A stretch of 32,000 nucleotides of DNA, taken from Nitrosomonas europaea (GTDB lineage Bacteria > Pseudomonadota > Gammaproteobacteria > Burkholderiales > Nitrosomonadaceae). The DNA lies in NCBI RefSeq assembly GCF_900167395.1, contig NZ_FUWK01000007.1, positions 30,001 to 62,000 of the forward strand, in the 5' to 3' direction. The first letter of the stretch is position 1. Each line of letters starts with the position of its first letter. The notes beneath the pieces were generated by a model. It did not search any database, was not told the DNA's origin, and worked only from the letters and a program-made list of their open reading frames with translations. Below, piece after piece: positions 1 to 8,628 of the stretch. A program made the position numbers and the translations under genes.

Positions 1-1
1 T

Positions 2-1438
2 GAGCATGAAAAGCTAAGGCCAGTGGAGGTCGCCGCGCCAGCAGAAGCGCTAGATCCAGAACAAAAGAAAGCTTCGGAAGAGCTGGTTTCAATAAACCAA
101 AAAATAGAATCATCCCAAAAGCGTTCACAAGAGATTGCGTTGGAGAACACCGATCTCGCCAAGCGGCAAAAGGCTATCACCAATATCCGCGAACAGTTGA
201 GATTATTTCAGCGCGCATTCGAGCAGGCGCAACAGACTGTCTCCGATGACCTGAAAATTCTGGGTATCACATGGCCTGATTTAGCTGTTATTGATATCAA
301 ACAGCATATCCTTGATGAAAAATCGGCAGAAATTTCCAAGAAACAGGAACAGTTGAAGAGCGAAGCTGAAAAGATTGCCGAAGAGCTGAAGGAGAGTGTC
401 GCATCGCAGCAAAGTTTTACGGCGAAATTGAATGCTCCCCAGCAGCAATTCGAAGCGTACCAGCAACAACTTTCCGAATGGAACAAAAAGCTGGCTTATC
501 TGAAAGGTTCACCTACCGAGCCCGAAACCAAGGTCGGCTTGGAAACTCGTATTGAACAGATCAAGATGTTGCCGGAACAGCACACGGAGTTGGAAGAAAA
601 ACGCTTGCGCCTATCTGGTGAGATTTTCGACACATTAGACGCACAGCGCAAAGCACGCGAAGAGCTTTTCAAACCGGTGCAAGATCTGATCCAGAAAAAC
701 AGCTTGATACGTGAGGATTACAAGCTGCAGTTTCAGGCAACGCTTGCAGCCTCTTCGGAGGCTATCGCCGATCAGTTGTTTGCGCTAATCAAGCAGACTT
801 GGGGGGATTTCCGAGGTCAGGACGAGGCGCCTTCGACGATTAGAAAACTGTTTGACAACTACGATTTGAACTCCAAAGAGGGGGCTCTGGCATTCATCGC
901 CGCCTTGCAGGAAAAGGTTCAAGAAGCCTCAACGCTCTCCGGTGCGACTGTTGGAATTTTTAATCTGGTCAAGAAGGGGCAGTCTGCTATATCAGTATAT
1001 GACTTGATCTTTGGGTTGAACTTCCTTGAGCCGAGATATTCGTTGCTGTTCCAGGACACGCAGATTGAGCAGCTATCGCCCGGTCAACGCGGTGCATTAC
1101 TGCTGATTTTCTATTTGTTGGTGGACAAGGGTAAGACACCGATTATCCTCGACCAGCCAGAAGAAAACTTGGACAATGAGACAGTATTCCGGTTGCTTGT
1201 TCCGGTGCTTTCCGAAGCCAAGAAGCAACGGCAGATCATCATGGTCACGCACAATCCGAACTTGGCGGTTGTGTGCGATGCAGAGCAAATCATCTACGCA
1301 AAGTTTGATCGTGCTGACAATTCAACGGTCAGCTATGAATCCGGCGCTATCGAGAACTCCAATCTGAATGGAATTGTTGTAACAATTCTAGAAGGGACGA
1401 AGCCGGCATTCGACAACCGTTCCGGGAAGTATCACTAA
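2..1438 (+). CDS. SMC/ABC-superfamily coiled-coil ATPase, C-terminal portion (5' end outside window)
   Basis: The frame is open from nt 2: EHEKLRP precedes the GTG at 23 that the ORF track uses. The 478 visible codons lack a Walker A, so the gene must start upstream of the window. About 330 aa of Q/E/K/L-rich, coiled-coil-like sequence comes first. It is followed by LSPGQRG (nt 1073-1093, ABC signature/C-loop), TPIILDQPEENLD (Walker B/D-loop) and IIMVTHNP (H-loop). The TAA stop at 1436-1438 is followed 1 nt later by the mod ATG. Confidence 0.75.
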   Translation, partial: EHEKLRPVEVAAPAEALDPEQKKASEELVSINQKIESSQKRSQEIALENTDLAKRQKAITNIREQLRLFQRAFEQAQQTVSDDLKILGITWPDLAVIDIKQHILDEKSAEISKKQEQLKSEAEKIAEELKESVASQQSFTAKLNAPQQQFEAYQQQLSEWNKKLAYLKGSPTEPETKVGLETRIEQIKMLPEQHTELEEKRLRLSGEIFDTLDAQRKAREELFKPVQDLIQKNSLIREDYKLQFQATLAASSEAIADQLFALIKQTWGDFRGQDEAPSTIRKLFDNYDLNSKEGALAFIAALQEKVQEASTLSGATVGIFNLVKKGQSAISVYDLIFGLNFLEPRYSLLFQDTQIEQLSPGQRGALLLIFYLLVDKGKTPIILDQPEENLDNETVFRLLVPVLSEAKKQRQIIMVTHNPNLAVVCDAEQIIYAKFDRADNSTVSYESGAIENSNLNGIVVTILEGTKPAFDNRSGKYH

Positions 1439-1439
1439 T

Positions 1440-3143
1440 ATGGCAAGTAACCAAAAACTCGAACTCACCTGGATTGGAAAGGAGAAGCGGGCCAAGCTAG
1501 AACCGCGCATCCTGCTCGAAGATCCTGAGAAGTCTTATCATGCCAAGCAGCGTGTTTCGGAGAGTGACGTCTTCGACAACCGGCTGATTTTCGGTGATAA
1601 CCTGCTGGCTCTGAAGGCATTGGAGCAAGAGTTTGCGGGTGAGGTGAAGTGTGTATTTATTGATCCTCCTTACAACACCGGCAGCGCGTTCACACACTAT
1701 GACGACGGGTTGGAGCATTCCATCTGGCTGGGATTGATGCGGGATCGGCTGGAGATCATTAAGCGGCTATTGTCGAATGATGGTTCGTTGTGGATCACAA
1801 TTGATGACAATGAATGCCATTATCTCAAAGTGCTATGCGATGAGATTTTTGGACGAGCCAACTACAAGACTACGATTACATGGCAAAGAAAATACAGCGT
1901 CAGTAATAATTTTCAGGGTATAGCAAGTATCTGCGATTTCGTGCTTGTTTATTCCAAAAGTGAAGCATTCAAAAATAATCTGCTTCCGAGAAGCGAGGAG
2001 TCAGCCGCGCGCTATAACAATCCGGACAATGATCCACGCGGGCCGTGGAAGGCGGTTGACTATCTTAATCAAGCAACGCCAGAAAAGCGCCCAAATCTTT
2101 GCTATGACATCGTTAATCCGAATACGGGTGTTGTCATCAAGAATACAAAAAAGGCTTGGAAATACGATCCCACTACACATCAACGTCACGTTGATGAGAA
2201 GCGAATCTGGTGGGGGCGCGATGGTGGAAATTCAGTTCCTGCCTTGAAGCTATTTTTGTCGGAAGTTCGTGATGGTATGACACCGCATAACTGGTGGTCT
2301 CACGAAGAAGTTGGTCATACCGACGAATCCAAGAAGGAAATGATCGGTCTTTATGGTCCACGAGATGTTTTCGACACTCCAAAGCCGGAACGGCTCCTAA
2401 AGCGCATTCTTGAAATTGCCACCAACCCAGGCGACCTCGTCCTGGACTCCTTCGCCGGTTCCGGCACCACCGGCGCGGTCGCCCACAAAATGGGTCGCCG
2501 CTGGATCATGGTCGAACTGGGCGAGCACTGCCACACCCACATCATTCCGCGCCTGAAGAAGGTCATCGACGGCGAAGACCCGGGCGGCATCACCAATGCG
2601 GTGGACTGGCAAGGCGGCGGTGGCTTCCGTTACTACAGTCTGGCCCCTAGCCTGATTGTGGAGGACCGATGGGGCAATCCGGTTATCAACCCGGAGTACA
2701 ACGCTACGCAATTGTCTGAAGCCTTGTGCAAGCTGGAGGGCTTTACCTACGCTCCATCAGAAACTCGCTGGTGGCAGCAGGGGCATTCCAGCGAACGGGA
2801 CTTTCTCTACGTCACCACCCAGAACCTGTCTGCCTCCCAGTTGCAGGCCTTGTCGGATGAGGTGGGCACGGAGCAAAGCCTGCTGGTGTGCTGCTCGGCC
2901 TTCCACGGCATCAGCGCGGCAGCGGCCGCTGCGCGCTGGCCGAACCTGACACTGAAGAAGATTCCGAAGATGGTGCTGGCCCGTTGCGAATGGGGCCATG
3001 ACGACTACAGCCTGAATGTGGCGAACCTGCCGCTGGCAAAGCCTGAGCCGGAAACACCCGCCTCGCAACCTGCTCCCAAGAAAAAAGGAAAGAAAACCCT
3101 GCCAATGCCAGATTTATTCGGTGATGTGGAGGATGGTGCATGA
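1440..3143 (+). CDS. mod: Type III restriction-modification Mod subunit (beta-class N6-adenine/N4-cytosine DNA methyltransferase)
   Basis: 567-aa ORF. Motif IV (DPPY) is at residues 75-78 and motif I (FAGSG) at residues 338-342, preceded by TPKPERLLKRIL. This is the IV...TRD...I order of beta-class amino-methyltransferases typical of type III Mod. It shares an operon with a type III Res-like gene. Its stop overlaps the next ATG (ATGA at 3140-3143). Confidence 0.9.
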   Translation: MASNQKLELTWIGKEKRAKLEPRILLEDPEKSYHAKQRVSESDVFDNRLIFGDNLLALKALEQEFAGEVKCVFIDPPYNTGSAFTHYDDGLEHSIWLGLMRDRLEIIKRLLSNDGSLWITIDDNECHYLKVLCDEIFGRANYKTTITWQRKYSVSNNFQGIASICDFVLVYSKSEAFKNNLLPRSEESAARYNNPDNDPRGPWKAVDYLNQATPEKRPNLCYDIVNPNTGVVIKNTKKAWKYDPTTHQRHVDEKRIWWGRDGGNSVPALKLFLSEVRDGMTPHNWWSHEEVGHTDESKKEMIGLYGPRDVFDTPKPERLLKRILEIATNPGDLVLDSFAGSGTTGAVAHKMGRRWIMVELGEHCHTHIIPRLKKVIDGEDPGGITNAVDWQGGGGFRYYSLAPSLIVEDRWGNPVINPEYNATQLSEALCKLEGFTYAPSETRWWQQGHSSERDFLYVTTQNLSASQLQALSDEVGTEQSLLVCCSAFHGISAAAAAARWPNLTLKKIPKMVLARCEWGHDDYSLNVANLPLAKPEPETPASQPAPKKKGKKTLPMPDLFGDVEDGA

Positions 3144-4180
3144 GCAAAAAGGTCACAGCTATCCCTCCTGATTACATCGAGTGGCTATCAGACATTAAAT
3201 CTCGTGTAACAGCCGCCCGACAGCGTACGGTGCTGGCGGCCAATGCAGAATTGATTCAGCTCTACTGGCAGATTGGTCGGGATATTCTGCAGCGGCAACA
3301 GTCCGCAAATTGGGGTGACAAGGTGCTTGACCGTTTGGCAAGCGATCTGCGTGCGGCCTTCCCGGAGATGAAGGGCTTTTCGTCCCGCAACCTGAAATAC
3401 ATGCGCTATTTCGCCGAACACTGCCCTCGGCAGGCATTTGGGCAGCAGCCTGCTGCCCAATTACCGTGGTTCCATGTCGTGACCTTGTTGACCAAACTGG
3501 CCGATACCGGGGCGCGCGAGTGGTATGCCCAGCGCGCCATCGCCGAAGGCTGGTCGCGCACCTCGCTGGAACTCAGCATCCGCAATCGTCTGCACGAACG
3601 GCAAGGCCAGGCCGTTACCAATTTCGGGGTTCGCCTGCCCGCGCCACATTCTGAACTGGCGCACGAAGCGCTGAAAGACCCTTACCTGTTCGACTTTCTC
3701 GGCTTGGGCGATAAAGCACACGAGCGTGAAATCGAGAACGCGCTGGTGCGGCACATTACCCAGTTTCTGTTGGAGTTGGGTAATGGATTCGCCTTCGTGG
3801 GTCGTCAGTTCCGGCTGGAGGTGAGCGATAAAGAGTTCTTCATTGATCTGCTTTTCTATCACACGCGGCTCAAATGCTATGTGGTAGTGGAATTGAAAGC
3901 CACCGAATTCAAACCAGAACACGCCGGACAATTGAATTTCTACCTGACGGCGGTGGACAGGCAAGTGAAAGCCCCCGACGACAATCCTACCATCGGCCTG
4001 TTGTTGTGCAAAACCCAGGATCGGCTGGTGGCGGAGTACGCGCTGCATGGTATCGATAAGCCAATTGGCGTAGCCGAATACGAACTGGTGCGCGCTTTAC
4101 CAGAGCGGCTGGTCACCAGTTTGCCGACGGTGGAGGAGTTGGAGAATGAACTTCTGATCGCTCAGGAGACAAAAACATGA
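3140..4180 (+). CDS. DUF1016 / YhcG-family PD-(D/E)xK nuclease-domain protein
   Basis: 346-aa ORF. The N-terminal LIQLYWQIGRDIL...FPEMKGFSSRNLKYMRYF and the C-terminal FFIDLLFYH...YVVVELK (D...ExK) are hallmarks I associate with DUF1016/YhcG proteins. ATGA overlaps occur at both ends (3140-3143, 4177-4180). Confidence 0.85.
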   Translation: MSKKVTAIPPDYIEWLSDIKSRVTAARQRTVLAANAELIQLYWQIGRDILQRQQSANWGDKVLDRLASDLRAAFPEMKGFSSRNLKYMRYFAEHCPRQAFGQQPAAQLPWFHVVTLLTKLADTGAREWYAQRAIAEGWSRTSLELSIRNRLHERQGQAVTNFGVRLPAPHSELAHEALKDPYLFDFLGLGDKAHEREIENALVRHITQFLLELGNGFAFVGRQFRLEVSDKEFFIDLLFYHTRLKCYVVVELKATEFKPEHAGQLNFYLTAVDRQVKAPDDNPTIGLLLCKTQDRLVAEYALHGIDKPIGVAEYELVRALPERLVTSLPTVEELENELLIAQETKT

Positions 4181-5223
4181 GCAAGAAGAAACAAGATGTC
4201 TCTATTGTCCGATCCTCAGCGGCAGAATACCTGACCTTTATTGCCGCCATGGGCGATCAATCGCAATCCGTGGAAATGCGCTATGAGGATGAAAACATCT
4301 GGCTGACGCAGAAGATGATGGCGTCGCTTTACGATGTTACCGTGCCTGCCATCAATCAGCACCTGAAGCGGATTTTTGACGACGGCGAACTACTGCCCGA
4401 GGCAGTTCTTAAGGATTATTTAATAACTGCCGCTGATGGCAAGCAGTACCGCACCAAGCATTACAACCTGCAAGCTATCATTTCTGTTGGCTTCAAGATC
4501 AACAACGTGCGAGCGGTACAGTTTCGCAAATGGGCGGGGCAAATCGTCAAGGACTACACCATCCAGGGCTGGACGATGGATGTGGAGCGCCTGAAAAAAG
4601 GTCACTTGTTCACAGATGAGTACTTTGATCGTCAGCTGGAATATATCCGTGAGATCCGCCTGTCTGAGCGCAAGTTCTACCAAAAGGTAACGGATTTATA
4701 CGCAACGGCATTCGATTACGACAAGGACGCGCTGACCACCCGAGAGTTTTTTGCACTGGTGCAGAATAAATTGCATTGGGCAGTGCATCGACACACGGCA
4801 GCCGAGCTGATTGTGTCACGCGCTGATGCGGGTAGAACGAATATGGGGCTGACGCATTGGGCCGCTGCGCCACAGGGAAAAATTATCAAATCGGATGTTT
4901 CCATCGCCAAGAATTATCTGAATGTGCAAGAGATGGAGTATCTGGAGCGCATTGTGTCGATTTATCTGGATTTTGCTGAACTCCAGGCGATGCGCAAAAT
5001 CCCCATGTCCATGCAGGATTGGGCCAGGCGACTGGATGGGTTCCTGGAGTTCAATGGCAATGAGATATTGATGGGGCCGGGTAAGGTATCGCAGGAGCAG
5101 GCAAAGCTGCACGCTGAAAGTGAGTTCGAGCAATACCGCATCGTGCAGGACAGGTTATTTCAAAGCGATTTTGATCGCTTGTTGTTGCAATTGGAGAGCA
5201 AGAATAAAGAGGAAGGCCAATGA
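4177..5223 (+). CDS. rhuM: RhuM-family protein (function unknown)
   Basis: 348-aa ORF. The N-terminal AAEYLTFIAA...ENIWLTQKMMASLYDVTVPAINQHLKRIFDDGEL resembles RhuM-family proteins (Salmonella SPI-3 RhuM-like), which are often embedded in R-M operons. This assignment is from memory of the family, not from a search. ATGA overlaps occur at both ends. Confidence 0.75.
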   Translation: MSKKKQDVSIVRSSAAEYLTFIAAMGDQSQSVEMRYEDENIWLTQKMMASLYDVTVPAINQHLKRIFDDGELLPEAVLKDYLITAADGKQYRTKHYNLQAIISVGFKINNVRAVQFRKWAGQIVKDYTIQGWTMDVERLKKGHLFTDEYFDRQLEYIREIRLSERKFYQKVTDLYATAFDYDKDALTTREFFALVQNKLHWAVHRHTAAELIVSRADAGRTNMGLTHWAAAPQGKIIKSDVSIAKNYLNVQEMEYLERIVSIYLDFAELQAMRKIPMSMQDWARRLDGFLEFNGNEILMGPGKVSQEQAKLHAESEFEQYRIVQDRLFQSDFDRLLLQLESKNKEEGQ

Positions 5224-7958
5224 ACGCCCGCGTACAAAACCATATCACCGGGCGTTTGTCATTGCGCCCGCCGCAGGCTGAGTCGCTGACACGGTTGAGA
5301 CAGGCACTGGACGCCGCACCGGAAATGCTTGGCCATGAACGCGATGTTTCTGCCATTCTGGCTACGCTGAAGGCCGAGTTTCCGACGCTTGCGGATTTCG
5401 AGCGCGAGTTCCCCTCGCTGTGCTTTGCGCTGGCCACGGGCGTGGGCAAGACGCGCCTGATGGGCGCGTTCATCGCTTACCTGCATCTGGCGCATGGGAT
5501 CAATAACTTCTTCGTGCTCGCTCCCAACCTGACGATCTACAACAAGCTGATCGCGGACTTCACGTGCAATACACCCAAGTATGTGTTCAAGGGCATTGCC
5601 GAGTTCGCCCAGCAACCACCGCTGATCATTACCGGCGATAACTACGACCAGACCGGCGCGGCGGTGGATGATCAGTCGATGGGATTTGCGCACGATGTGC
5701 GTATCAACATTTTCAATATCTCCAAGATCAATTCCGAAGTGCGCGGTGGCAAGGAACCACGTATCAAGCGTATGCGCGAGGTGCTAGGCGACAGCTACTT
5801 CAACCATCTGGCGAATTTGCCCGATCTGGTGTTGTTGATGGATGAATCGCACCGCTATCGTGCCCAAGCCGGCATGCGGGCGATCAACGAGCTTAAACCC
5901 TTGTTTGGTCTGGAGGTGACAGCGACACCGTTTGTGGAATCCAGCAAAGGACCGGTGCCGTTCAAGAACGTGGTGATGGATTATCCGCTGGCGCGGGCGA
6001 TGGAGGATGGCTTCGTCAAGGAACCGGCGGTGGTCACCCAGCGCAACTTCAAGGCCAGCGAGCACACGCCGGAGGAAGTCGAGAAGACCAAGCTGGAAGA
6101 CGGTGTGCGCCTGCACGAAACCACCAAGGTGGAGCTGCTGACCTATGCTCGTGAAAATGGCTTGCAGGTGGTCAAGCCTTTCATGCTGGTGATTGCACGT
6201 GATACGACCCATGCCGGGCAACTGCTGACGTTGCTGGAGTCTGACGCTTTTTTTGATGGCCGCTATGCGGGCAAAGTGATTCAGGTCGATTCCAGCCAAA
6301 CAGGTGCTCAAGAGGAAGAAATGATCTCACGCCTGCTGGCCGTAGAAAGTGTGGACGAGCCGACTGAAATCGTGATTCACGTCAACATGCTCAAGGAAGG
6401 TTGGGATGTAACCAATCTCTATACCATCGTGCCGCTGCGCGCAGCCAATGCGCGCACGTTGATCGAGCAGAGCATCGGGCGCGGGTTGCGGCTGCCCTAT
6501 GGAAAACGTACCGGTGTGGCGGCAGTGGATCGTCTGAACATCGTCGCTCATGATAAGTTTCAGGAAATCATCGACGAAGCCAATCGTGGCGATTCGCCGA
6601 TCCGGCTGAAGCAGGTCATCCTCGATGCACCGAGCGCCGACGACAAGAAGGTCAGCGTACAAGTTGAGCCCGGAGTAGCGGCTCGCCTCGGTTTGACGGA
6701 TGCGCTGATCGTGCAGATCGATGCAGCCGGTACGCCTGATGAGTTGGTATCCAACACCGCACCGACACCCGTGTTTACCACCGAGGCCGAGAAGCAGGCG
6801 GCGCGTGTGGTGATGGAAGTGATCGGCAAGTATGAGGTCAGGCGCGATCTGGTGCCGACCAGCAGTGCGTTGCTCAAGCCGGAGGTGCAATCGGTACTTC
6901 TGGCGGAGGTGGCGGAGCTTTTGCGCCCGATGCAGGGCAGTTTGCTGGCAGGCATCGATGAAGCTGCGCCAACATTGGATTTGTCTACCATAGTGGCGAA
7001 GACGACTGAAATCGTGGTGCAGCAGACTATCGACATCCCGCGCATCGCCGTGGTGCCGAAAGGCGAAGTGACGACAGGTTTTCATCTGTTCACGCTGGAT
7101 GTGAGTCAGCTTTACCTGCAGCCAGGTGAGCACGAAATTGTCGGCCAGATGCTGCGTACCAATGAGCAGTTTACGCTGGCGGCAGAGATCGGATTGAAGG
7201 AGCAGCGCCCGGAAGACTATATCGTTCATGCGCTGGTGGATTTCGACGATATCGATTACTTCACCCACGCCGGATTGCTCTACGACCTCGCAGGGCAGAT
7301 GGTGCAGCATTTGCGTAGCTATCTGTCAGAGGACGAGGCCACCAGCATTCTGGATCGGGATCGCCGTCTGATTGCGCGGGAAATTCATGCCCAGATGATG
7401 GCCCACTTCTGGGAGAAGGCAACGGATTATGAGGTGCAAGTCAGTCGCGGTTTTACGGAACTCAAGCCTTGCAACTACACGGCTGTGGCGGATCAGACAC
7501 CGTGCCATTTTCGCGAAACCGTGGAGGATGTGGGACGCATCAAGCAGATGCTGTTCGGCGGATTTACCAAGTGTCTGTACCCGCTGCAGAAGTTCGATTC
7601 GGATACGGAGCGGCGCTTCGCCGTCATCCTCGAACGCGATGCTGACAAGTGGTTCAAGCCCGCGAAGGGGCAGTTTCAGCTTTACTATAAGCTGGGTACC
7701 GAACAACCGGAGTATGTTCCTGATTTCGTAGTCGAAACGGAGTCGATCATCCTGATGGCCGAGACCAAGAAGCGGGATGATCTGAAAACGGGAGAGGTGG
7801 AAGCCAAGGCAGCTGCCGCCGTGCAATGGTGCAGGCATGCTTCGGACTTCACGGTGAGCGTCGGTGGCAAGCCGTGGAAGTATCTGCTGGTACCCCACGA
7901 CGAGATCAATGAATCGAGACAGCTTACCGACTTCCTCCGCTTTGCGGTGAAGGGATGA
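5220..7958 (+). CDS. res: Type III restriction enzyme Res subunit (SF2 helicase with C-terminal PD-(D/E)xK endonuclease)
   Basis: 912-aa ORF. Helicase motifs are LATGVGKT (I), LLMDESHRY (II, DExH-like), EVTATP (III) and QSIGRGLRLPYG (VI). The C-terminal YVPDFVV...LMAETKK fits a PD...ExK nuclease motif, as in EcoP15I-type Res. Same operon as mod. Confidence 0.9.
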   Translation: MNARVQNHITGRLSLRPPQAESLTRLRQALDAAPEMLGHERDVSAILATLKAEFPTLADFEREFPSLCFALATGVGKTRLMGAFIAYLHLAHGINNFFVLAPNLTIYNKLIADFTCNTPKYVFKGIAEFAQQPPLIITGDNYDQTGAAVDDQSMGFAHDVRINIFNISKINSEVRGGKEPRIKRMREVLGDSYFNHLANLPDLVLLMDESHRYRAQAGMRAINELKPLFGLEVTATPFVESSKGPVPFKNVVMDYPLARAMEDGFVKEPAVVTQRNFKASEHTPEEVEKTKLEDGVRLHETTKVELLTYARENGLQVVKPFMLVIARDTTHAGQLLTLLESDAFFDGRYAGKVIQVDSSQTGAQEEEMISRLLAVESVDEPTEIVIHVNMLKEGWDVTNLYTIVPLRAANARTLIEQSIGRGLRLPYGKRTGVAAVDRLNIVAHDKFQEIIDEANRGDSPIRLKQVILDAPSADDKKVSVQVEPGVAARLGLTDALIVQIDAAGTPDELVSNTAPTPVFTTEAEKQAARVVMEVIGKYEVRRDLVPTSSALLKPEVQSVLLAEVAELLRPMQGSLLAGIDEAAPTLDLSTIVAKTTEIVVQQTIDIPRIAVVPKGEVTTGFHLFTLDVSQLYLQPGEHEIVGQMLRTNEQFTLAAEIGLKEQRPEDYIVHALVDFDDIDYFTHAGLLYDLAGQMVQHLRSYLSEDEATSILDRDRRLIAREIHAQMMAHFWEKATDYEVQVSRGFTELKPCNYTAVADQTPCHFRETVEDVGRIKQMLFGGFTKCLYPLQKFDSDTERRFAVILERDADKWFKPAKGQFQLYYKLGTEQPEYVPDFVVETESIILMAETKKRDDLKTGEVEAKAAAAVQWCRHASDFTVSVGGKPWKYLLVPHDEINESRQLTDFLRFAVKG

Positions 7959-8044
7959 TGATGTTTTTCTGTGAACAGAATGAATGAAGGCGCCGGCTTC
8001 AGAATCAGTCCGGATGATTGTCTGGCTTGTTGACAGAAAAAGTC

Positions 8045-8593
8045 TTAGTTAACCAGGGAATTGCGTGATGGATAGGTCACTGCACCTGACGGTTGGGGGC
8101 AGGCACTTTCCGTTAAACGGGCGATTTCTATTTTGTCATGCCCCATCAGGTGAAAAACGGTTTCACCGTGCATCAGCAGGTAATCAGAAATGATGCGACG
8201 ATGGCAGCGCCACCAGACAGCCTCGGAACACATGATTGCACATCTGCGTTTTCGTCCCAGAGCGATCAGCTTGGCAAGACCCTCGTGAAAAGTATCACTC
8301 AGTGCGTAATCAGCAAAATTGTGGAAGCTCTGATTTTCCCAGAAACCATTTACATTGGACGATACCGTTTTGGATCTGGCACGTAAACCACCCAGTTGCG
8401 GGATATGTTCGTAACTGATTTGGAATGCAGCCAGGCTGTCGGGAAATGTCTCCAGGTTGTACTGCGGATTGGTGCGTGACCGCGGAACGGTACGTACATC
8501 CACAACCTGTTCCACTTCTGCTGCATGCAGTAAGCCGATGAACTCTTCCAGCGTGCGGGTAGAGTGCCCGATGGTGTAAAAGGGCGGATTCAT
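8045..8593 (-). CDS. DUF488-family protein
   Basis: 182-aa ORF. FYTIGHSTRTLEEF...VVDVRTVPRS and AIMCSEAVWWRCHRRIISDYL are characteristic DUF488 motifs. Confidence 0.85.
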   Translation of the reverse strand: MNPPFYTIGHSTRTLEEFIGLLHAAEVEQVVDVRTVPRSRTNPQYNLETFPDSLAAFQISYEHIPQLGGLRARSKTVSSNVNGFWENQSFHNFADYALSDTFHEGLAKLIALGRKRRCAIMCSEAVWWRCHRRIISDYLLMHGETVFHLMGHDKIEIARLTESACPQPSGAVTYPSRNSLVN

Positions 8594-8628
8594 TTTCCAG
8601 TCAACCGGGGAGTGTTTGTTGAAAACAG

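Noticed and set aside
1440-3143. Simple-sequence repeats that could make mod phase-variable, as in Haemophilus/Neisseria mod genes.
   Set aside because: I saw no tetra- or pentanucleotide repeat tract or long homopolymer in the mod 5' region or the coding sequence.
6327-7310. 327-aa minus-strand ORF inside res. The same class includes 3461..4048 in the DUF1016 gene, 5784..6311 and 7326..7898 in res, and 2397..2711 in mod.
   Set aside because: All are antisense to strongly supported genes in GC-rich DNA, where long shadow ORFs are expected. Their translations are low-complexity (R/H/Q/L-rich) with no recognisable motifs or SD.
7967-7980. TTCTGT-ga-ACAGAA inverted repeat just after the res stop, as a possible terminator. 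I also considered the GC-rich GAAGGCGCCGGCTTC nearby.
   Set aside because: The loop is too small, the stems are short or mismatched, and no T tract follows on either strand.
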